Shown piece by piece: positions 61,400-64,000 of a stretch of DNA of 64,000 bases (position 1 is its first letter; each line of letters starts with the position of its first letter). Below the pieces are notes generated by a model. That model was given only the letters and a program-made list of their open reading frames with translations. It was not told the DNA's origin and searched no databases. The position numbers and the translations under genes are program-made. Origin of the DNA: an uncultured Actinomycetes bacterium (lineage in GTDB: Bacteria > Actinomycetota > Acidimicrobiia > IMCC26256 > PALSA-610); contig CAWIFT010000006.1 of the NCBI GenBank assembly GCA_963835455.1, positions 204,503-268,502 of the forward strand. The letters are read 5' to 3'.

Positions 61400-62308
61400 A
61401 TGGACGTACGCCAGCTCGAAGCGCTCCTCGCGGTGGCCGAGGCGGGCAGTTTCACCGAAGCCGCCGACCTGTTGCACACGGTCCAATCGAACGTTTCCGA
61501 GCACGTTCGCCAGCTGGAGGCCGAGCTCGGCGTGCAGCTGTTGGTGCGGGGTCGGCGGGGGACGGTCCCCACGGAATTCGGCGTGCGCGTCATCGAGCGG
61601 GCCCGCGCGATCCGCAGCGAGATCGAGGCGCTGCGCAAGGACCTGTCGATGTTGCAGGGGCTCGAGACCGGCCACGCGACGCTCGGTGTCGTCGGAACCG
61701 TCAGCCGTCTGCTCGTGCCGTTGGTGGTGGCCGAGATGCGCAGGAGCGCGCCCGGCCTCTCGCTGCGGCTCACCGAGGGTGCGTCGGAGCGCCTCGCGGG
61801 CGAGGTCGCCGATCGTCAGCTCGCGAGCGCGGTCGTCACCGAACCGGTGAGCGACACGCGGTTGCACGTCGAGCACCTCCGCGACGAAGCGCTCGTCGCG
61901 CTCGTCCCGTCGTTCCTGCGGCCCGACGCGGTGGAGCCGGTGCCGCTGTCCGACATCGCGAGCGAGACGTTGATCCTCCCGCCCGCGGGCAACCCTCTGC
62001 GCGACGAGGTGGAGACCGCGGCGCGCGCCGAGCGGGTCGAGCTACGCGTCCCGATCGAAGTCGAAGGTGTGCGACTCATCGCCGATCTCGTGAGCGCGGG
62101 GGTCGGGGTGTCGATCCTGCCCGAGACCGCGGTCGCACGCGATCACGTCGGCGTGCGCCAGTTGCTCATCGCGCGCATGCCGCCGCGCCGGCTCGCGCTC
62201 GTCACCGCGCGCGGCGTGCAGCTGTCGCTGGCCGATCAGGCCGTCCACGACGCGGTCCGCCGCCTCGTCCGCGACGAACCCCTCCCCCACGCGGTGCTCA
62301 CCGCATAA
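61400..62308 (+). CDS. LysR-family transcriptional regulator
   Basis: 302 aa with the N-terminal HTH MDVRQLEALLAVAEAGSFTEAADLLHTVQSNVSEHVRQLE. Confidence 0.9.
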   Translation: MDVRQLEALLAVAEAGSFTEAADLLHTVQSNVSEHVRQLEAELGVQLLVRGRRGTVPTEFGVRVIERARAIRSEIEALRKDLSMLQGLETGHATLGVVGTVSRLLVPLVVAEMRRSAPGLSLRLTEGASERLAGEVADRQLASAVVTEPVSDTRLHVEHLRDEALVALVPSFLRPDAVEPVPLSDIASETLILPPAGNPLRDEVETAARAERVELRVPIEVEGVRLIADLVSAGVGVSILPETAVARDHVGVRQLLIARMPPRRLALVTARGVQLSLADQAVHDAVRRLVRDEPLPHAVLTA

Positions 62309-62310
62309 GA

Positions 62311-62378
62311 AATCCACCAACAGTTGTCGGAGAAATCAACGCTCTGCGCTGAGAAGTCCGACAACAGTTGGTGGAGAT
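62311..62378 (+). repeat. palindromic intergenic element, copy 3
   Basis: Sequence is TCCACCAACAGTTGTCGGAG-AAATCAACGCTCTGCGCTGAGAAG-TCCGACAACAGTTGGTGGAG. It starts 4 nt after the lysR-type TAA, between convergent genes. Confidence 0.8.
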
Positions 62379-62387
62379 TTGCGGGGG

Positions 62388-63152
62388 TTATTTGTCGGTG
62401 GGGACGAAGCGGGTGCCGATGACGGTGCGCTCGGCGGCGAGACCGATCACCTCGAGGCGGTCGACGCCGGGGAGCGCGTCGGCATCGGTCTCCAACCGGA
62501 CGCGCGCGCCGCGCGGCCACACGAGGTCGGCCGAGGTGGGGGTCTCGTCCTCGACGTCGCCCTGCAGGATGCCGGCGAAGAAGCTCAACGCCGCCGGGAG
62601 TGACGGCGTGCGCAGCACGACGCGGCGCAACGTGCCGTGTCCGGTTGCGGGCGCGGGGTCGACCCACCAACGCGGGTGCATGTTGGGTCCGTGCGCGGCG
62701 ACGTAGTCGAGGAGCTCGGCGCGCGTCTCGGGATGACCGTGCGACTCCGCGAGCTGCACGACGGTGCCGTGCGCCTCCCGCGGCATGAGGAACGCTTCTT
62801 TCCACTCGGGATCGGAAACGTCGATGTTCACGGGATGGAAGCCCGCGCCGCGCACGCGGGCGACGGCCTCGGCGAGGTCGGGAACCTTGAACGTCATGTG
62901 GTGCGGCCCCGCGCCGTGGCGCGCGACGAAGCGGGCGAGGAAGTCGTTCTTCTCGACGGCCCACGGTTCGAGTAGCTCCACTGGCATCCCGTCGCCGGCG
63001 CGCGAACCCAACCACACTTGCATCGGCCGGAACCCGACGGCCTGACCGCCGAAGATGACGGTGCCACCGAGGTCGCCGGTCAGGAAACGCAGCGCGTCCG
63101 ACGTGTCGGGCGCGGCCAGCGCGACATGGTCGAGGTCGTAGCGGTCGGTCAC
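62388..63152 (-). CDS. VOC (glyoxalase/dioxygenase-fold) family protein
   Basis: 254 aa made of two beta-alpha-beta-beta-beta-like halves (LDHVALAAPD... and HHMTFKVPD...). Confidence 0.6.
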   Translation of the reverse strand: MTDRYDLDHVALAAPDTSDALRFLTGDLGGTVIFGGQAVGFRPMQVWLGSRAGDGMPVELLEPWAVEKNDFLARFVARHGAGPHHMTFKVPDLAEAVARVRGAGFHPVNIDVSDPEWKEAFLMPREAHGTVVQLAESHGHPETRAELLDYVAAHGPNMHPRWWVDPAPATGHGTLRRVVLRTPSLPAALSFFAGILQGDVEDETPTSADLVWPRGARVRLETDADALPGVDRLEVIGLAAERTVIGTRFVPTDK

Positions 63153-63164
63153 GAGCCGGGCAGG

Positions 63165-63974
63165 CTAGGCGACGGTGCCGGCGGGCGATTCACCGGGTCG
63201 GGCTCCGGGCTCGACGGGTGTGCCCCGCCCGGCCCTGGTGAACAGACCCGAGAGCACCCAAGCGATGCTGAAGACCAGCAGGCCGGCGACCGCGTCGACG
63301 ATGTAGTGGTTCGCGGTGACGATGATGACCACGAACGTGATGAACGGGTAGGCCCAGGCCAGCCCGGAGGCGATCGGGTTCTTGAGCCGGGGCCCCAGCG
63401 CGAACGCGCACCACGTGGCCCACGCAATGTGGACGCTCGGCATCGCCGCGTACTGGTTCGAGACGGTCTGCATCCCGCCGGAGTTGAACGACCAGAACGC
63501 GGGATCGTTCAAGAGCGTGTCAGTGAAGCCGGAGAACATACGCGGCGGCGCCAGCGGATACAGCGTGAACCCGATGAGCGCGATCGCAGTGGTGATCGCC
63601 ATCGCGTTGCGAAATCGTGGGTAGTCGTCCGAGAAGTTCCGGTAGAGAAAGATGCCGGCGAAGATCGTGACGACGAAGTGGAACGAGCCGTAGTAGTAGT
63701 TCGAGAAGAGGATGAGCGGACGGAAGTGCAACGCCCACTTCTGGATCGTCTGCTCGTGGAAGATGCCGAGGTGGTGTTCGAGCGACATGATCTGGCGCGC
63801 GTGATCGAACGCATGCGCGGGCGCCGCGGATCCACCGTGAAGGTTCCGGATCGCCGAGTACACGACGTAGAAGACCAGGATGCCGAGGAGCTCGACCCAC
63901 CAATAGAGGATGTGTCCGTCCGAGAGGATGCGGCCACCGCTGAAACGCGTCTCGCGTTTCACGTCCGTGCTCAC
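63165..63974 (-). CDS. PAP2-superfamily membrane protein (inositol-phosphorylceramide-synthase-like PAP2_3 type)
   Basis: 269 aa, multi-pass. The late motifs MPSVHIAWA and ANHYIVDAVAG match the PAP2 C2/C3 histidine/aspartate motifs. Confidence 0.65.
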   Translation of the reverse strand: MSTDVKRETRFSGGRILSDGHILYWWVELLGILVFYVVYSAIRNLHGGSAAPAHAFDHARQIMSLEHHLGIFHEQTIQKWALHFRPLILFSNYYYGSFHFVVTIFAGIFLYRNFSDDYPRFRNAMAITTAIALIGFTLYPLAPPRMFSGFTDTLLNDPAFWSFNSGGMQTVSNQYAAMPSVHIAWATWCAFALGPRLKNPIASGLAWAYPFITFVVIIVTANHYIVDAVAGLLVFSIAWVLSGLFTRAGRGTPVEPGARPGESPAGTVA

Positions 63975-64000
63975 ACGGGCTCCTTCGTCGCTGCCGACGA

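Overview
A high-GC (about 70%) chromosomal core segment with Actinomycetota-type gene order. I could run no database, Rfam or structure search, so every call rests on reading the ORF translations and the DNA by eye.

Gene order:
- hpt-folE-folP, an inverted pyk, then folB-folK-DUF2520-panC-panD-nadB-nadC-coaX-lysS. Many junctions have 4-nt start/stop overlaps.
- clpC, radA-disA, crp, a YacL-like PIN/TRAM gene, ispD-ispF-cysS-rlmB and tRNA-Thr(UGU).
- A trehalose/glucosylglycerate cluster: otsB, otsA, a TreT-like GT4, glycerate kinase and gpgS.
- A SAM-I riboswitch in front of a ThrC paralog plus a GG-terminated sulfur-carrier protein.
- ideR-like regulator, orphan groEL with two CIRCE operators, a lipoprotein paralog pair, hemQ plus a NIL-domain gene, and amtB-glnK-glnD.
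- A run of ordinary hydrolase, transferase and regulator genes to the end of the window.

I found no transposase, integrase, phage, CRISPR or recognisable defence genes, so I do not claim a new multi-gene system.

Most notable observations:
1. The riboswitch-controlled ThrC-like/sulfur-carrier pair, probably a protein-thiocarboxylate route to homocysteine.
2. A conserved ~63-bp palindromic element present three times, each abutting a stop codon in the same orientation relative to the upstream gene.
3. At least five single-base frame disruptions (folP, clpC, an LppM-like gene, the PIN/TRAM gene, a GNAT). These look like consensus errors and make several ORFs in the six-frame track misleading.
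4. The compatible-solute island.
5. Several short tandem or inverted repeats in intergenic regions.

Start codons are predictions.
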